IMG/VR virus record: IMGVR_UViG_3300031576_000007
Span: 1 to 64,000 of that record
Reading direction: 5' to 3' (one strand)
Length of the DNA: 64,000 bases
Source of the DNA: a virus
Below are positions 1 through 11,475 of the stretch, piece after piece. How positions within the stretch are numbered: position 1 is the first letter of the stretch; every line of letters begins with the position of its first letter. The position numbers and the translations under genes are program-made. The notes beneath the pieces are model-generated. The model ran no database searches. It saw only the letters and a list, made by a program, of their open reading frames with translations, and was not told the DNA's origin.

Positions 1-498
1 AATAAGCGGGGGATTGTGGGGGTAATAAGTAGTGTATTACTAAAGGTGCTATTGATTATGAATGGGTATTTAGGTGTATCTAAGTATGGATTCTTATTAG
101 ATTATAAGAAGAGGAGTGTGTGAGTGGGAACTGGTTACTACCACCTAACTCAGAGTTATACTGCCATATAAATATTATATACTACTTGGAATTCTTAGCT
201 TCTATGTACTTAATCTCTGTTATTTTAGACTTTACTTGTACGAAGGGCACTTTACTTCTGGTCCCCCAGATTTTAATTATCTTTGTTATAACCAAGTTAT
301 TTTGGGGTAAGGCACTTCATGAGAAATAAGTTAATGGTATCCACGTTTTATGCGATATTTCATCTTTTGGCATTCAAGCTCAATACTGTTTCTTGGAAAC
401 CAACACTTTTTATTTTCTACATGTTTTTTTTTATTCAGGTTATTGATATTGTTGTGGCTTATTTTTTGGTATCCTGTAATATCAGTCACTTAGGTAAT

Positions 499-527
499 TT
501 GCAATGCTCCCGAAATGGTGTTATCTT
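499..527 (+). promoter_or_regulatory. sigma70-like promoter, probably leaderless for the ATG at 534
   Basis: TTGCAA-17 bp-TATCTT with TG extension; ATG lies 6 nt after the -10 box. Confidence 0.55.
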
Positions 528-533
528 TTAATC

Positions 534-722
534 ATGACAAACGACAATATCAAGGCAATCAGAAAGATAGATAGAATCAATGGTAAGAAGTACGTACCAG
601 CTTCGGGGGTTAAGAGGGTTTCAGCCGGCACTATTACAGTCGAAATGCTGAGAAAGAAGCAAGCTCTTTTGGTAGCAATCAGAAATGGTGATACTTCAGA
701 AATCTTGAAACTAACCAGCTAA
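534..722 (+). CDS. small early hypothetical protein (start moved from 504 to 534)
   Basis: ORF track; promoter geometry; next gene has an AAGGAG RBS. Confidence 0.55.
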   Translation: MTNDNIKAIRKIDRINGKKYVPASGVKRVSAGTITVEMLRKKQALLVAIRNGDTSEILKLTS

Positions 723-740
723 GAACAAGGAGTATCAACA

Positions 741-1025
741 ATGACAACACAAACAAAACATATTCAAGATTGTAAAAGAGTTTTTAAGAACTATGATCTA
801 AACTGTTCCAGACGCAAAGAGTTAGCTAGTAGGGCAGAAGCGAGGAGAGGTTGGAATGATGTGACGTTGAATGTCAAGAAAACCTCACACTGTAGGGGCA
901 ATATGACAAGGCAAGGTAAAGAGTATATAGCGGCAATAGTTCTAGCTGTAATCGCTTCTATGGCCATTATATACGTTGATTTTGGCGCGTTATTCATTGG
1001 GTTAATTAATTGGATAGACAAGTAA
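741..1025 (+). CDS. hypothetical protein with C-terminal TM segment
   Basis: RBS AAGGAG; hydrophobic C-terminus. Confidence 0.6.
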   Translation: MTTQTKHIQDCKRVFKNYDLNCSRRKELASRAEARRGWNDVTLNVKKTSHCRGNMTRQGKEYIAAIVLAVIASMAIIYVDFGALFIGLINWIDK

Positions 1026-1272
1026 AGGGGGCATATATGGTGCAATGGATTAAATCAGGTATAGACTACTTCGATAATGGCAAGGCAAAAAAGCTCAATG
1101 CTGAAAAGTATAACGCTAACCTTGACTATTTAATAGATCAAATTAACAAACATCAAATAGTGTCAATCAATGGCATTCCTGGTCATGTAGTTCAGAATAG
1201 ATTGAAAAGATTAAAGCTTGACATTGAATAGCTGAATTGATAGTATAAGGAATAAGACAACATAAACAATAA

Positions 1273-1530
1273 ATGAAAGGACAAAGTACAATGTTAAAAG
1301 TAAGACCATACGCAAGCAACATGACAATATTAGAAACAAGTGATAACTCTATTTTGTTTAGTTATCAAACACCAGTAGCTGCTTTTATTAGTGGTTTGGG
1401 TTTGGTTAAGACTTCCAAGAAATGGAGCGTAACCACGTCAAAGCATATCAATAAATGGGTTAACGCTGAATTTTCAGGCATGGAAGTCAAAGAAGTTGAA
1501 CAAAGCATTTTAGACAATTTGACAAAATAA
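1273..1530 (+). CDS. conserved phage early hypothetical protein
   Basis: motif LFSYQTPVAA...KKWSVTTSKHINKW is typical of a widespread small phage family. Confidence 0.7.
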   Translation: MKGQSTMLKVRPYASNMTILETSDNSILFSYQTPVAAFISGLGLVKTSKKWSVTTSKHINKWVNAEFSGMEVKEVEQSILDNLTK

Positions 1531-1887
1531 AGGGATAACATGGAAAAGACAATTCTAGTTAATGTTAAAAATGTATATGGTCAAGAAAGGGTTTACCCTG
1601 TAACCTTTCAAAAGGAATTAGAGGTATTGACAAGCACTAAAACCCTATTGACTAAGCATATTGAAGCTTTAAAGGGTTTAGGGTTTACGTTTCAAATTGA
1701 AATAGTTAAATTTCTTTAAATAGGGGGTTTAAATGTACGCTTTAATATGGCATAGTAAATATGGAAAAGAAGAAATAGACGAAACGGAAGACTTGAAAAA
1801 CGCTGAATATCTAAAAAATGAATATACCCTTGCATATGGTCAAGGTTATATAGAGATTAAAAAGATTAATAGAAAGGAATAACCACA

Positions 1888-2088
1888 ATGAAAGAAGTTT
1901 TAAAAGTTTATAAGTATGCATATTTGAGAACCCCTTTATATAAATGAGTACGTGAAAACGACAAAGGGGGCAGTTTCTCAAATAGTGGCCAGTTTAGAAC
2001 TAAAAAGGTATGTTTAAACCATGCAAGGGCAATGAATGCAAACACGTTTGACACTTTGCCTATTGAATTTATTGACGTGCTAGAATAG
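1888..2088 (+). pseudogene. 66-codon hypothetical gene with internal TGA at 1945-1947
   Basis: AAGGA RBS then ATG; ...PLYK*VREND... stays open to TAG just before the next gene's RBS. Confidence 0.55.
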
Positions 2089-2097
2089 GGGCAATAA

Positions 2098-2286
2098 ATG
2101 ACTACTCTTGAGGTACTTTGTGGAGCTTTTGGCTGGTAAGGCGGAACCATTCATCAAGCGGAAGAATATTATGATTCCCTCTCTCCAATCAAAAAGGATA
2201 TTATATGCAATAAATTACTGCAAAATCTAAGAAAAATATCTGACCCAGAAAAGACTAGATATTTCACTAGAAATAAGCTAAAGTAG
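2098..2286 (+). pseudogene. phage GWQGGTIHQ-motif protein with internal TAA at 2137-2139
   Basis: translates MTTLEVLCGAFGW*GGTIHQAEEYY...; the stop replaces the Gln of the recurring phage motif GWQGGTIHQ. Confidence 0.7.
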
Positions 2287-2625
2287 TAATAAAATGAAAA
2301 ACATATATAAAAATAGCAGAATTAAAGAGTATATTAGAAAACTGTTTTTAAACAGAGTATATGAAGACATGCAAAAAAGACGAAGTAAAGGCACTTATCG
2401 TATATTTTCTCTTCCTTCTGATGCTGTTGAAATGGAAAAAGAAATTATTGAGAAATTAAGAAAGAAAAATAATGAATTATACTCACAAATATTTTGACAA
2501 TATTGAAAAAAAGATGGATACTATACTAGAAGAACTTTGGTATCTGATTGCAAAAATGAGTGTAAAGATAAAAAAATATGAAGAAAGAGCTTCTAAATGC
2601 AAAAAATGTAGTAAGGAGGAAATAC

Positions 2626-2868
2626 ATGTGTAAATATCATAACAACAATTCATATAATGGTTTCGCGAATAGAGAGACATGGAATGTTGCTTTATGGATT
2701 AATAATGATGAAGGATTATACCACATGTCTAAGGAGTATGATAACTACTCTCAGCTAGTCGAATTTCTTAAGGAATTGGGGATACTTGAAGCCCCTGATG
2801 GAGTAAAGTATAATGATCTTAGATTGAATATCAGAGAACTTAACGAAGTAATAAAGGGCAATAAGTAA
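2626..2868 (+). CDS. conserved phage hypothetical protein
   Basis: AAGGAGG RBS; YNGFANRETWNVALWINNDEGLY motif. Confidence 0.7.
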   Translation: MCKYHNNNSYNGFANRETWNVALWINNDEGLYHMSKEYDNYSQLVEFLKELGILEAPDGVKYNDLRLNIRELNEVIKGNK

Positions 2869-2872
2869 GCAT

Positions 2873-4573
2873 ATGGCAACCTGTTATTCATGTGATAGAT
2901 CTTTAAATAAAATAGAATATAAACTTGACGGGGAATCTGTATGTAAGCGCTGTTATTTCCAAAATACAACTGAATGCTTCGAGTGCGGTAATGTGGTAAA
3001 TAATAATAATAATATTACGATGTTAGGTAATAAAAATACACCATATTGTGCTACATGTGCCGAGGATTATTTTGCGTGCGTAAAATGTGAATCGGTAAAA
3101 AACAAAGAGGAATCAATCAATGTAAATGATGATTTTCTCTGTCAAGAATGTTTTGATGAATATTATATAAACTGTGTCAGTTGTAACTTAATTTATTCAA
3201 AAAATAATTCTATTCATGTGGACACTGGAAATGTAACTGAAGGAGACTATTGTCAGGGGTGCTACTCAAGGAACCTATTCCAGTGTTTTAATTGTCAGGG
3301 TCATTTTAATCTTAATGAGAGTTATACTGACCCTGACAATAACCATAGGTGTAATAACTGTTTCAGTGATTATGTATCTATTTGTGTAAATTGTAATGGT
3401 GTATATTGGGCTGATGATAATGAAATTATGTATACCGAAAACGGTACTTTTTGCGTGGATTGCGGGGCTCCTTTCAAGTTTGAAGAGTCTTCATCATTTC
3501 AAATAAATAATTCTAAAAGATTTGTGGGCTTCGAGTTAGAGTATTTGATACCAACACAAAGAGATCCAAGCCGAATAAAAATACTCAGTAAATATGGGAA
3601 AGTACAAGACGATGGTAGTATAAGTCCAACAGGAAAGATAGGTGGATACGGTGAGGAATTCGCAAGCAATGTTTTTAGCGGTGATTTATTGCTAGAAACT
3701 ATAGATAAAGTGTGTGAAAGTCTAAGCAATAGCGGAGCAAAAATTAACAAAACTTGCGGGCTCCATGTACATTTAGATATGAGGAGAGAGACAGAAATCG
3801 CGCAAGAGAACATATTCTATGCTTGGCAAGCTTTCGAAAAGATATTTTTTGCCGTTACTTCTATTTCGAGGAGGGGTAATCATTTTTGTAGATCGATAGA
3901 TAATTCTAGAACTTACGAAATCGCCAAGGGTATGGGTAGATATAATACTCTTAATGTCACCGCCTATGACAAGCATCAAACATTTGAAATAAGACTACAC
4001 CAATCTACATTAGAACCAACAAATATAAAGAATTGGGTAATGTTTCTAATAAGATTTTTTGATACATATTCAAAAATAAAAATGACAAGAGAGCGAATAA
4101 TAGAACTTACAAAAATGTCTGACAGGGAATTATTGCTAATGTTATTTTCACAAATTAAAATGCCTTTCGGTCTCAAAAAATATATAATGAAGAGAATTGA
4201 ACGTTTTAATAAGGATTCTAAAAATCAATTACTTCCCAGGTCTTATTTTGTGATAGATGAAGAAAAAGAGGACGAAAAAATACGGCAGATAATTTTAGAA
4301 AACAAAGTAACATATACTAATTTAAATGAAAAAAACTATAATGCTCTTTCTGAATATTATTTAGAAAAGTATAACGTAAGTGCTTTACAGGAAGTTCTCA
4401 GAAATTGCCAATGTGCTAACTGTGATAAAATTATAAGTGAAGGAGCTCGTTTCCTTAGCGCAGAAAAGGGGGTATTCTTGTATGATGGTAAACTTCAAGA
4501 ATTAATATCACACACAGTTTCAGAAGCTAAATTAAAAATGTATGAATCAAAGACAGAAAACAAAGGGAGCTAA
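2873..4573 (+). CDS. putative amidoligase (COOH-NH2 ligase type 2) with N-terminal tandem CxxC Zn-finger repeats
   Basis: GFELEY, DDGSI, EFAS, TCGLHVH, RYNTLN and TFEIRLHQST motifs; about 200 aa of CxxC repeats. Confidence 0.8.
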   Translation: MATCYSCDRSLNKIEYKLDGESVCKRCYFQNTTECFECGNVVNNNNNITMLGNKNTPYCATCAEDYFACVKCESVKNKEESINVNDDFLCQECFDEYYINCVSCNLIYSKNNSIHVDTGNVTEGDYCQGCYSRNLFQCFNCQGHFNLNESYTDPDNNHRCNNCFSDYVSICVNCNGVYWADDNEIMYTENGTFCVDCGAPFKFEESSSFQINNSKRFVGFELEYLIPTQRDPSRIKILSKYGKVQDDGSISPTGKIGGYGEEFASNVFSGDLLLETIDKVCESLSNSGAKINKTCGLHVHLDMRRETEIAQENIFYAWQAFEKIFFAVTSISRRGNHFCRSIDNSRTYEIAKGMGRYNTLNVTAYDKHQTFEIRLHQSTLEPTNIKNWVMFLIRFFDTYSKIKMTRERIIELTKMSDRELLLMLFSQIKMPFGLKKYIMKRIERFNKDSKNQLLPRSYFVIDEEKEDEKIRQIILENKVTYTNLNEKNYNALSEYYLEKYNVSALQEVLRNCQCANCDKIISEGARFLSAEKGVFLYDGKLQELISHTVSEAKLKMYESKTENKGS

Positions 4574-4578
4574 AAAAC

Positions 4579-5670
4579 ATGTGTAGCATTTCAGGCTTTA
4601 TAAGTAATAGTCCAATTGATAAAAATCTAGCCAAAAGGCTTTCAAAAGCTCTTTTGTTTTATGGTAGGGAAAGAGGAGAACAGAGCGCGGGCATATATGT
4701 AAATGGTGTTGTAACAAAACAAGCTGTTGATCCAGCCGTATTTGTAGAAACTGATAGTTTTTCTAAAGCCTTTGAAGGTAATGATCCAATAATGGTTTTG
4801 TGTCATACCCGTCAACCTACTTGCGGCGATAGAACAGATAAACAAGCTCAACCATTCAGACAAGGGGAAGTAACAACAATTCACAATGGTTGCTTTTTCA
4901 ATATAAAAGGGTTAAAGAATGAATGGAATTTAAAAAAGACTAGCGGGGTAGATTCTGAGTTAGTAACCTCATTCATTAATCAATATGGGGTACAAAAACT
5001 TCCAGAATTCATCAAATCTACTGACGGGCCTAGCGCAATAGCGGCGATTGTAAATGGGGAATTGTTTATAGCTAAAGCTGGTAATCCTTTGGTGTGCACT
5101 TCTTTAGTGTTTAAGGGGGGTCAAAGATTATTAGTTTTTGCATCAACTAAAACCATCTTAGAAAATGCACTTAAATACTGTCTACTTGTCGGTAGGATCA
5201 AAATAAAAGAGCCTGAAGATGGTGGGTTATTTAGAGTAACCCCTAAGAGATTAAAAAAGATATGTGGTGGTATGCGGCCAAATTATGGTTATGGTGATTT
5301 TGAATTTGAAGGTATTTGGAGGAAAGAATATTCAAGTCACCATAAAGGGTATTTCGATGATAATGATATATATAGAGGCAGTGAAGAAGAAGATGAAAAG
5401 GATAACGAAATGTATGATACTTATGATATGGTCACAAGATCATGGACGGACAAAAAACATAAAAGGATTCATGAAATGACTGATTTAGAGCTGGAAAAAG
5501 AAGTTACCACTATAAATTACCCTATGGTGATAAAAAAATATGAATTGAAGAAACTAGAGAATAAAATGGTGACATGCTCTGGTCCTGACGAAGAATTACA
5601 AAATATTTGGGAAGAGTACGAAAAGTTGGACAAAGAAATAAAAGAAATGGGCGGATATGATAAGAAATAA
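4579..5670 (+). CDS. class II (Ntn) glutamine amidotransferase
   Basis: N-terminal MCSISG (Cys2 nucleophile), RG, HTR, HNG, VDSE. Confidence 0.85.
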   Translation: MCSISGFISNSPIDKNLAKRLSKALLFYGRERGEQSAGIYVNGVVTKQAVDPAVFVETDSFSKAFEGNDPIMVLCHTRQPTCGDRTDKQAQPFRQGEVTTIHNGCFFNIKGLKNEWNLKKTSGVDSELVTSFINQYGVQKLPEFIKSTDGPSAIAAIVNGELFIAKAGNPLVCTSLVFKGGQRLLVFASTKTILENALKYCLLVGRIKIKEPEDGGLFRVTPKRLKKICGGMRPNYGYGDFEFEGIWRKEYSSHHKGYFDDNDIYRGSEEEDEKDNEMYDTYDMVTRSWTDKKHKRIHEMTDLELEKEVTTINYPMVIKKYELKKLENKMVTCSGPDEELQNIWEEYEKLDKEIKEMGGYDKK

Positions 5671-6430
5671 AGAAAGAAAAAGTGGAGAGGCAAAGAAGAC
5701 TCTAAAAGAGATTAGAAAACTAGATAAAGAAATAATAGCGGAAAGGTTATTAAAAAAAGTAGCGACTCTCTTAAATATTAAATTTGAACTTTTGGTAAAG
5801 TATATTCATGATCTGAGAGGGGATATGATAAACTAGATGATTACTAAAGAAACAACATTCAAGATAAAAAATATTCATCAGACTTTATTGTTTAAAGTAA
5901 ATGAATATTCTGAGGTTACTATGTATAAAGTTACCAATGGTTATGAAAATTTTATCTTGGCCACAAATATAAAAACATTAGAAGAAATATTAGATAAATT
6001 GAAGGGGGCTATACAATGAGAGGTATCGTAGTATCAAAAGAAGAGATACAAAGAGTTTTATATGGTAAAGCTGCTGTTCACGAGATTAAAAGAGTAAGAT
6101 TGTTTGTTGTCAGGAATTTGTACACAAGACCAGGAGATGATATACTAATAAGAATTAAGCAAGCTATGATTGACGCTGGGATGTGGCACTCAATTAAACG
6201 AGGACGGAAAGAAACTGTAACTAAAACACTGGAAGAAGTGAGAAAAATACTTCCATGAAAGGAGATAAAAAATGATTTTATGTTTTGGGTTATGTCCATT
6301 TGAATGGGTTCTCATAGGGCTATCAGCATTAGGATTGTGGAATCTTAAAAAGTAATGAATAATTTTCTGTCAGTTCTGTATGATTTATTGATTGACGGTT
6401 GGTATACGTTTATTTTATAGATAAACAAGA

Positions 6431-7027
6431 ATGATGATAAATAAATTAGATTTATTTTCCAAATACATAGATAGTGATAAATGTAGTGAATTATTAAACA
6501 AAAAAACCCCTAAAAATGGTGGTTTTTATGGTGAATATTATGAAATTGGGAATGGGGCAGGAATAAAAGTAATTAGAGAAGCTTTTATAGATATTTCAAA
6601 GCTGCATAAATCTATAAATTGGGAGGAAGCTAGAAGAGAATTGGAATTATTAGAAATTGCTAAGTGTTCAAAACTAACCCCTAAACCTCTTAAGATTTTG
6701 GAGGTAAATATATGTAACTACACTTGGCATTCCGCCATACTAATGGAGCATGTAAAAGGGATAAAATTACGTGATTATACTAAAATAGATGATACTAAAA
6801 AGAGGATAATTTGTGATTCTCTACAATTAGTGTTACTTGAGCGTACCAATCTTTGGCATAGAGATTTATCAGATAATAATGTAATTGTTACAAGAGATTT
6901 CTTTAGAAGAAAAATGTCATTTAAAATAATAGATTTTACACCTAAATATATTGATATGATATACAACAAAAAAGATAAAGAGCAGATAATAAATCACTTA
7001 TCAAAACAAATAAGAGAAGGGTACTAA
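6431..7027 (+). CDS. protein kinase-like protein
   Basis: Gly loop GGFYGEY, IK lysine, HRDLSDNNV catalytic loop, IIDF. Confidence 0.75.
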   Translation: MMINKLDLFSKYIDSDKCSELLNKKTPKNGGFYGEYYEIGNGAGIKVIREAFIDISKLHKSINWEEARRELELLEIAKCSKLTPKPLKILEVNICNYTWHSAILMEHVKGIKLRDYTKIDDTKKRIICDSLQLVLLERTNLWHRDLSDNNVIVTRDFFRRKMSFKIIDFTPKYIDMIYNKKDKEQIINHLSKQIREGY

Positions 7028-7444
7028 TGAAATCGTCGTTTATTTATTGTGATAAAGAGTCAGGAATTGATTTTACAGTGGATATTGATTACACAGAAAT
7101 TAAGAATTTATTGTATGGGGATGATGTAGATGGTAATAGAGGTATAAGAGTATCTTATGCCGAAGATGTAGAAGTAGAAAGAATTCATTTACCAGAAAAT
7201 GAAGCTCTTTCATGGATCAATAAAGTGTCTGATAGATTATTTAATAGAATACATAAAGCTGCTATTGAGCATGCAAATAATGAGGTTAACTCATGATAGA
7301 GTTTATTATATGTTTTTTTACAACAATAATACAAATATTGGTTTCTATAATCTATTTGACTATATATTTAGGTGTATTTCTATGTGTATTATTTTTAATC
7401 GCGGCTATTTCTGTTGGTATAAAACCTAAAAAGAGATAAATATA

Positions 7445-7650
7445 AGTTGACTTTAACTTCAATATATATTAATATATATACTTATATTAACTGATATTCT
7501 ATATTAACATATACTCTACATTAACTAATATTAAATTAACTACTAAATTAAAATATGTTGAACTATATAAGGCTCATTATTATCAGTTAACTACCGCCTA
7601 TATTAATATATATAGCGAAATATTCGGGAGTATTTCCCAAAATGGGAACT
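7445..7650. repeat. AT-rich, G-poor non-coding segment with periodic TTAAC and a 16-bp direct repeat (candidate origin)
   Basis: TTAAC at 7453, 7487, 7504, 7521, 7536, 7587; TATATTAATATATATA at 7465 and 7599; TTCCCA-AAA-TGGGAA hairpin near 7634-7648. Confidence 0.5.
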
Positions 7651-8014
7651 TAGATTCTCAAAATAATCAAAGAAATATTATTAGGTATAATAATTATTGT
7701 CGTAAATTATAAGAAGATATTAAATGATAGCTAAGAAAGACTTAATAGATTTATGTTATTATGTAGGACATTGTAGAAATTCAAGAGTAGTTATGTGGGT
7801 TGAGGATAGACAAGTATTTATGTACATTAGAAGCAAGTTTGGGGTATATTTTCCTGAAACTATTAAACATCCTGATGATGAAAAAGTCTATGATGTATTC
7901 AGGCCATTTCATCGTATCGGTTTTGAGGATCTCTATGAAAAATTTAGGGAGATAACCACAATGGAAAAATATAAAGTTATTGACAGTGACTTCTAATTGT
8001 GAGATAAAAGAGAT

Positions 8015-8554
8015 ATGACATACGCAGAACCTTCAGAAAGATGCAAAAGTTGTGGGTCACGTAAGTTTTGTATGAGAACAAATGGTTTATCATGCAGAGT
8101 ATGTGGGCAAATTATAAAGACGAAACCAGTTGAAAAGATTGAAGAATTTAACAATTTATTTGTTGTAAAAGGACCTAAGACTATATATTCACAGCATAAA
8201 GCATATGGTTTTTTTGTTCCAGAAGGAAAGTTTGCTATAGCCGCAGTTGAAATAGATAAGAAAGGGGCTCAAATAGAGGTATCAAGACTACCAATGGTTC
8301 TGGATAATGAATCATCAGCTAATAGTTTTGTTAAGTCTCTTAAGTTTGCTAACTTAGAAAAGCCCAAATTCTCACCAGAAGTTGAATTTGAAAAAGAAGG
8401 TACACAAGAAAAACAAGATAGAGTTTTTGAAGAGGGTCACGTAATATTTACATGTGATGAATGTTTGGGCATCTTCTCGGTTAACCCTGGTAAAATTGGA
8501 TGTTCTAGTAATTTATTAGGGTGCCCCCGCTGTGGAAATGTGATTACAAGATGA
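8015..8554 (+). CDS. protein with N- and C-terminal Zn ribbons
   Basis: four CxxC motifs, two at each end. Confidence 0.6.
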   Translation: MTYAEPSERCKSCGSRKFCMRTNGLSCRVCGQIIKTKPVEKIEEFNNLFVVKGPKTIYSQHKAYGFFVPEGKFAIAAVEIDKKGAQIEVSRLPMVLDNESSANSFVKSLKFANLEKPKFSPEVEFEKEGTQEKQDRVFEEGHVIFTCDECLGIFSVNPGKIGCSSNLLGCPRCGNVITR

Positions 8555-9330
8555 ATGAAATTTTACAATTTATAGAGTATATTGGTTGCTTGGTTTGTGG
8601 TCAACATTGTATAAAGGATCGAATAGTTAAAGGCAACTTTTGTTCCACTGAATGTTTAAATGAATATAATCATATAGTGAGTGTTGATGAGCTAGAAAAA
8701 TCAGAGAAGTTGTAATGTTAAAAAGGGAGTGCCAAAATGATATTAATCGCAATGTTTATCATTGGTTTTGTTATAGGTAGGGTTATTCGTTGAGTTATAA
8801 AAAATGTGAAATAAGCATTTGTAGTAAACGTGCAGAAGACTTCACTATGCTAGTTGAAGATAATATAATATATCTGTGTAATTTACATTACAACGAATTA
8901 ATGAAGGAAATTGATCTGGTAAAAGATAAAGTAAGTAATATGAATGTTGATGAAATGATTGAAAGACCTAAAGAGTTAGAGGGTGGAAAAATTGTCCACT
9001 GAAAGGAATAAATGAAGTCTAAAAAACCAGAAGTCATAGGAAGCAAATTTAATATGGGTAAACTTTCTATTGATAACTATACATTATTTGAGATGGGTTT
9101 AGTTAATATGGTTAGGATCGATGTTCTACAGCAAATAATACTTGAAGCACAACTTACTTCTGAAAAAGAATTAGCGGAAAAATTGGAATTCGGAGTTAAG
9201 CAATTAATGGAAAAAATTAAGGATGAAAAAATAAAGTTTGACGAAGAAATGAAAAAGATGATAATCAGAGTAAGAGAAGACAAGTTGAGTGAACTTCTAG
9301 AAAATGTAAAACCACAAGGGAGTTGTTAAT

Positions 9331-9831
9331 ATGAGGATAACCATCCAAAATAGGTGGGGTTTAATATTTTTGATTGTAGGAAACATTATTTTTGGGCTCC
9401 ATTATCGTGGTATAATCAAAAGGATTAGTAGTCTTGAGGATTCTATTCTATTACTTAAAAACCAAAACGTTTGTCCAGCCCCGTCAAAAGAGAATTTGAG
9501 ATCAGAAGATAATTCTTTTATTGACTTGGAACTTCTAAATGCTGTAATAATTGTAGAGAGTGGACATAACCCTAAAGCTTATAACGAGATAACGGGGGCT
9601 GTAGGATTACTACAATTAAGACCTATTGTGTATAAAACAATATGCGGCTTAACTAAAGAACAGGCTTTTGACCCCAAAATAAACATTGCTTGTGGTTCTC
9701 TTTACCTAAAACACTTACTGATTAGGTTTAAAGGTAATTTAGAAAAAGCTTTGTTATTTTATAACAACGGTGAAGTCACAATAAATGAAGATTATGCAAA
9801 AAACGTGATGGCAGTAGCAAAGAGTGATTGA
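9331..9831 (+). CDS. membrane-anchored SLT-family lytic transglycosylase
   Basis: N-terminal TM; VES catalytic Glu, GAVGLLQL, NIACGSLYL, ALLFYNNG. Confidence 0.85.
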   Translation: MRITIQNRWGLIFLIVGNIIFGLHYRGIIKRISSLEDSILLLKNQNVCPAPSKENLRSEDNSFIDLELLNAVIIVESGHNPKAYNEITGAVGLLQLRPIVYKTICGLTKEQAFDPKINIACGSLYLKHLLIRFKGNLEKALLFYNNGEVTINEDYAKNVMAVAKSD

Positions 9832-9856
9832 CATTTTATTAGCAAAATGATACAAT
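9828..9856 (+). promoter_or_regulatory. sigma70 promoter
   Basis: TTGACA-17 bp-TACAAT with TGn extension, upstream of the AAA ATPase. Confidence 0.75.
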
Positions 9857-9880
9857 AAGAAACTATAAGAAAGGTATATA

Positions 9881-10999
9881 ATGGCTAGTATTTCCACTGT
9901 TATGAAAATTCTTGAAGCAAGCAGACTTTCTGGTGTGGCTATATGGGTTTGGGGGGCTCATGGTTGTGGGAAGAGTGAAACTGTTATGGGTGCAAGCGAT
10001 AAACTGCATATAAATACAATTGACATTAGATCTGCATTAACAGAAGCGGGGGATTGGCTGGGTTTACCAGCTACTTCTAGAGACTCACAAGGTAAAGCGA
10101 TTGCTGAGTATTACATGTCTTCCTTTCTCCCCCAAGATCCTAACTGGAAGGGGTTTATCTTCCTTGATGAGCTTAATAGAGCGAGACCAGATGTGTTAAA
10201 TTGTGTGTTCCAATTAGTTTTAAACCGTAGAATCATGAATCATTATATGTTACCAGCTGGTGCTACTATTGTAGCTGCTGGTAACCCCTCTGATGATGAT
10301 TATCAAGTAACTGATGTTGACCCAGCCCTTCTTAGTAGATTTTGCCATATCTCCTTAACTTCTCCCCGTGAAGAATGGCTTAGTTACGCAAAAACAAATG
10401 TCAGGGACGATATACGTTCTTTTATTTCTTCGTCTGACGCAAAGACATTAGACCACAAAGTAAAAGAGTTTGATATCAGTTTGATTACCCCAAATAGAAG
10501 AGGTTGGACTATGCTCTCAAAAATGGTTGATGCTCTTGAAAAACTAGGGTACTTAGATGAATGTTTAATTGATGTTGCTTCTGGTTTAATAGGTTCTAAC
10601 TTTGCGGTTCAGTTTGAACAATTCAGAAATTCAAGTTATGCTAGAATCGATGTTGACAAGATACTTCCTGCATACGAATCTATAAGAGATCAAGTAAAAA
10701 AGTTTGTTGAAGATGGTAGATTGCCGGAACAAGCAGAAGCAATAGAAATACTTTTTGAAAAGATCAAATTGAATGATGAAAAAGTTGTGGAGGATAACAA
10801 ACAGTTTAAAAACTTGATGATGTTTGTGACAGATATTGCTCAAGACGTAGCTTATCATGCCGCGCAAAAGATTACTGAAAGATGTCCTCATATCATGACC
10901 AAAATACTCGATGGAGTACAAAAAAAAGAAGAATACTCACTAAAGTTTTTTAATGTAATACAAGATCTACATAATATTGGAAGGGGTAAACAAAAATGA
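9881..10999 (+). CDS. MoxR-like AAA+ ATPase
   Basis: Walker A GAHGCGKS, Walker B IFLDELNRA, AAGN, DPALLSRF. Confidence 0.85.
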   Translation: MASISTVMKILEASRLSGVAIWVWGAHGCGKSETVMGASDKLHINTIDIRSALTEAGDWLGLPATSRDSQGKAIAEYYMSSFLPQDPNWKGFIFLDELNRARPDVLNCVFQLVLNRRIMNHYMLPAGATIVAAGNPSDDDYQVTDVDPALLSRFCHISLTSPREEWLSYAKTNVRDDIRSFISSSDAKTLDHKVKEFDISLITPNRRGWTMLSKMVDALEKLGYLDECLIDVASGLIGSNFAVQFEQFRNSSYARIDVDKILPAYESIRDQVKKFVEDGRLPEQAEAIEILFEKIKLNDEKVVEDNKQFKNLMMFVTDIAQDVAYHAAQKITERCPHIMTKILDGVQKKEEYSLKFFNVIQDLHNIGRGKQK

Positions 11000-11475
11000 A
11001 AAAGACAGAGTTAGAGAATATAACTAAAGAAACTTTCAAAGGACTACTTTCAATTCTTAAATCATCAAAAAACTTTATAGTAGGGGAAGCTCCTTTAGTT
11101 GCAAAAGAAATTGTATTAGCGGAAAGGGTGAGTAGTATATTTTGGGTTACTGGTTCTTTCTTGCTTATTTCATGTGGTTATTTGATATTATATTTCACTT
11201 TTACAAGTGAGGCAAAAGAAATGGGTTTAGTAGTAGGTATAGCGATTGGTATCATAGGACCAGCTACTTTAATTCACAATTTGTATAATCTTGTACTAAC
11301 TTTCGTAGCACCGCGAATTGTAATGAATAAACATGGTGATGGATTATGACTCTAGAAGACTTTGAAAAAGAGTTCAGAAATATTCTTAACGAAACCCATA
11401 ACTACGATGCTCTTAGAGATGAGATGGACGTGGAATATGCTGTAACAACTGCGTGGTTAGCATTTGGAAGGCTTA

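Noticed and set aside
120-531. ORFs 120-329 and 319-531
   Set aside because: Atypical composition, no recognisable motifs, and they lie upstream of the first promoter; probably non-coding (possibly a terminal region)
7445-7620. CRISPR array
   Set aside because: Repeats are 5-16 bp low-complexity units without a repeat-spacer structure; the Cas4-like gene at 38151 is a stand-alone phage nuclease
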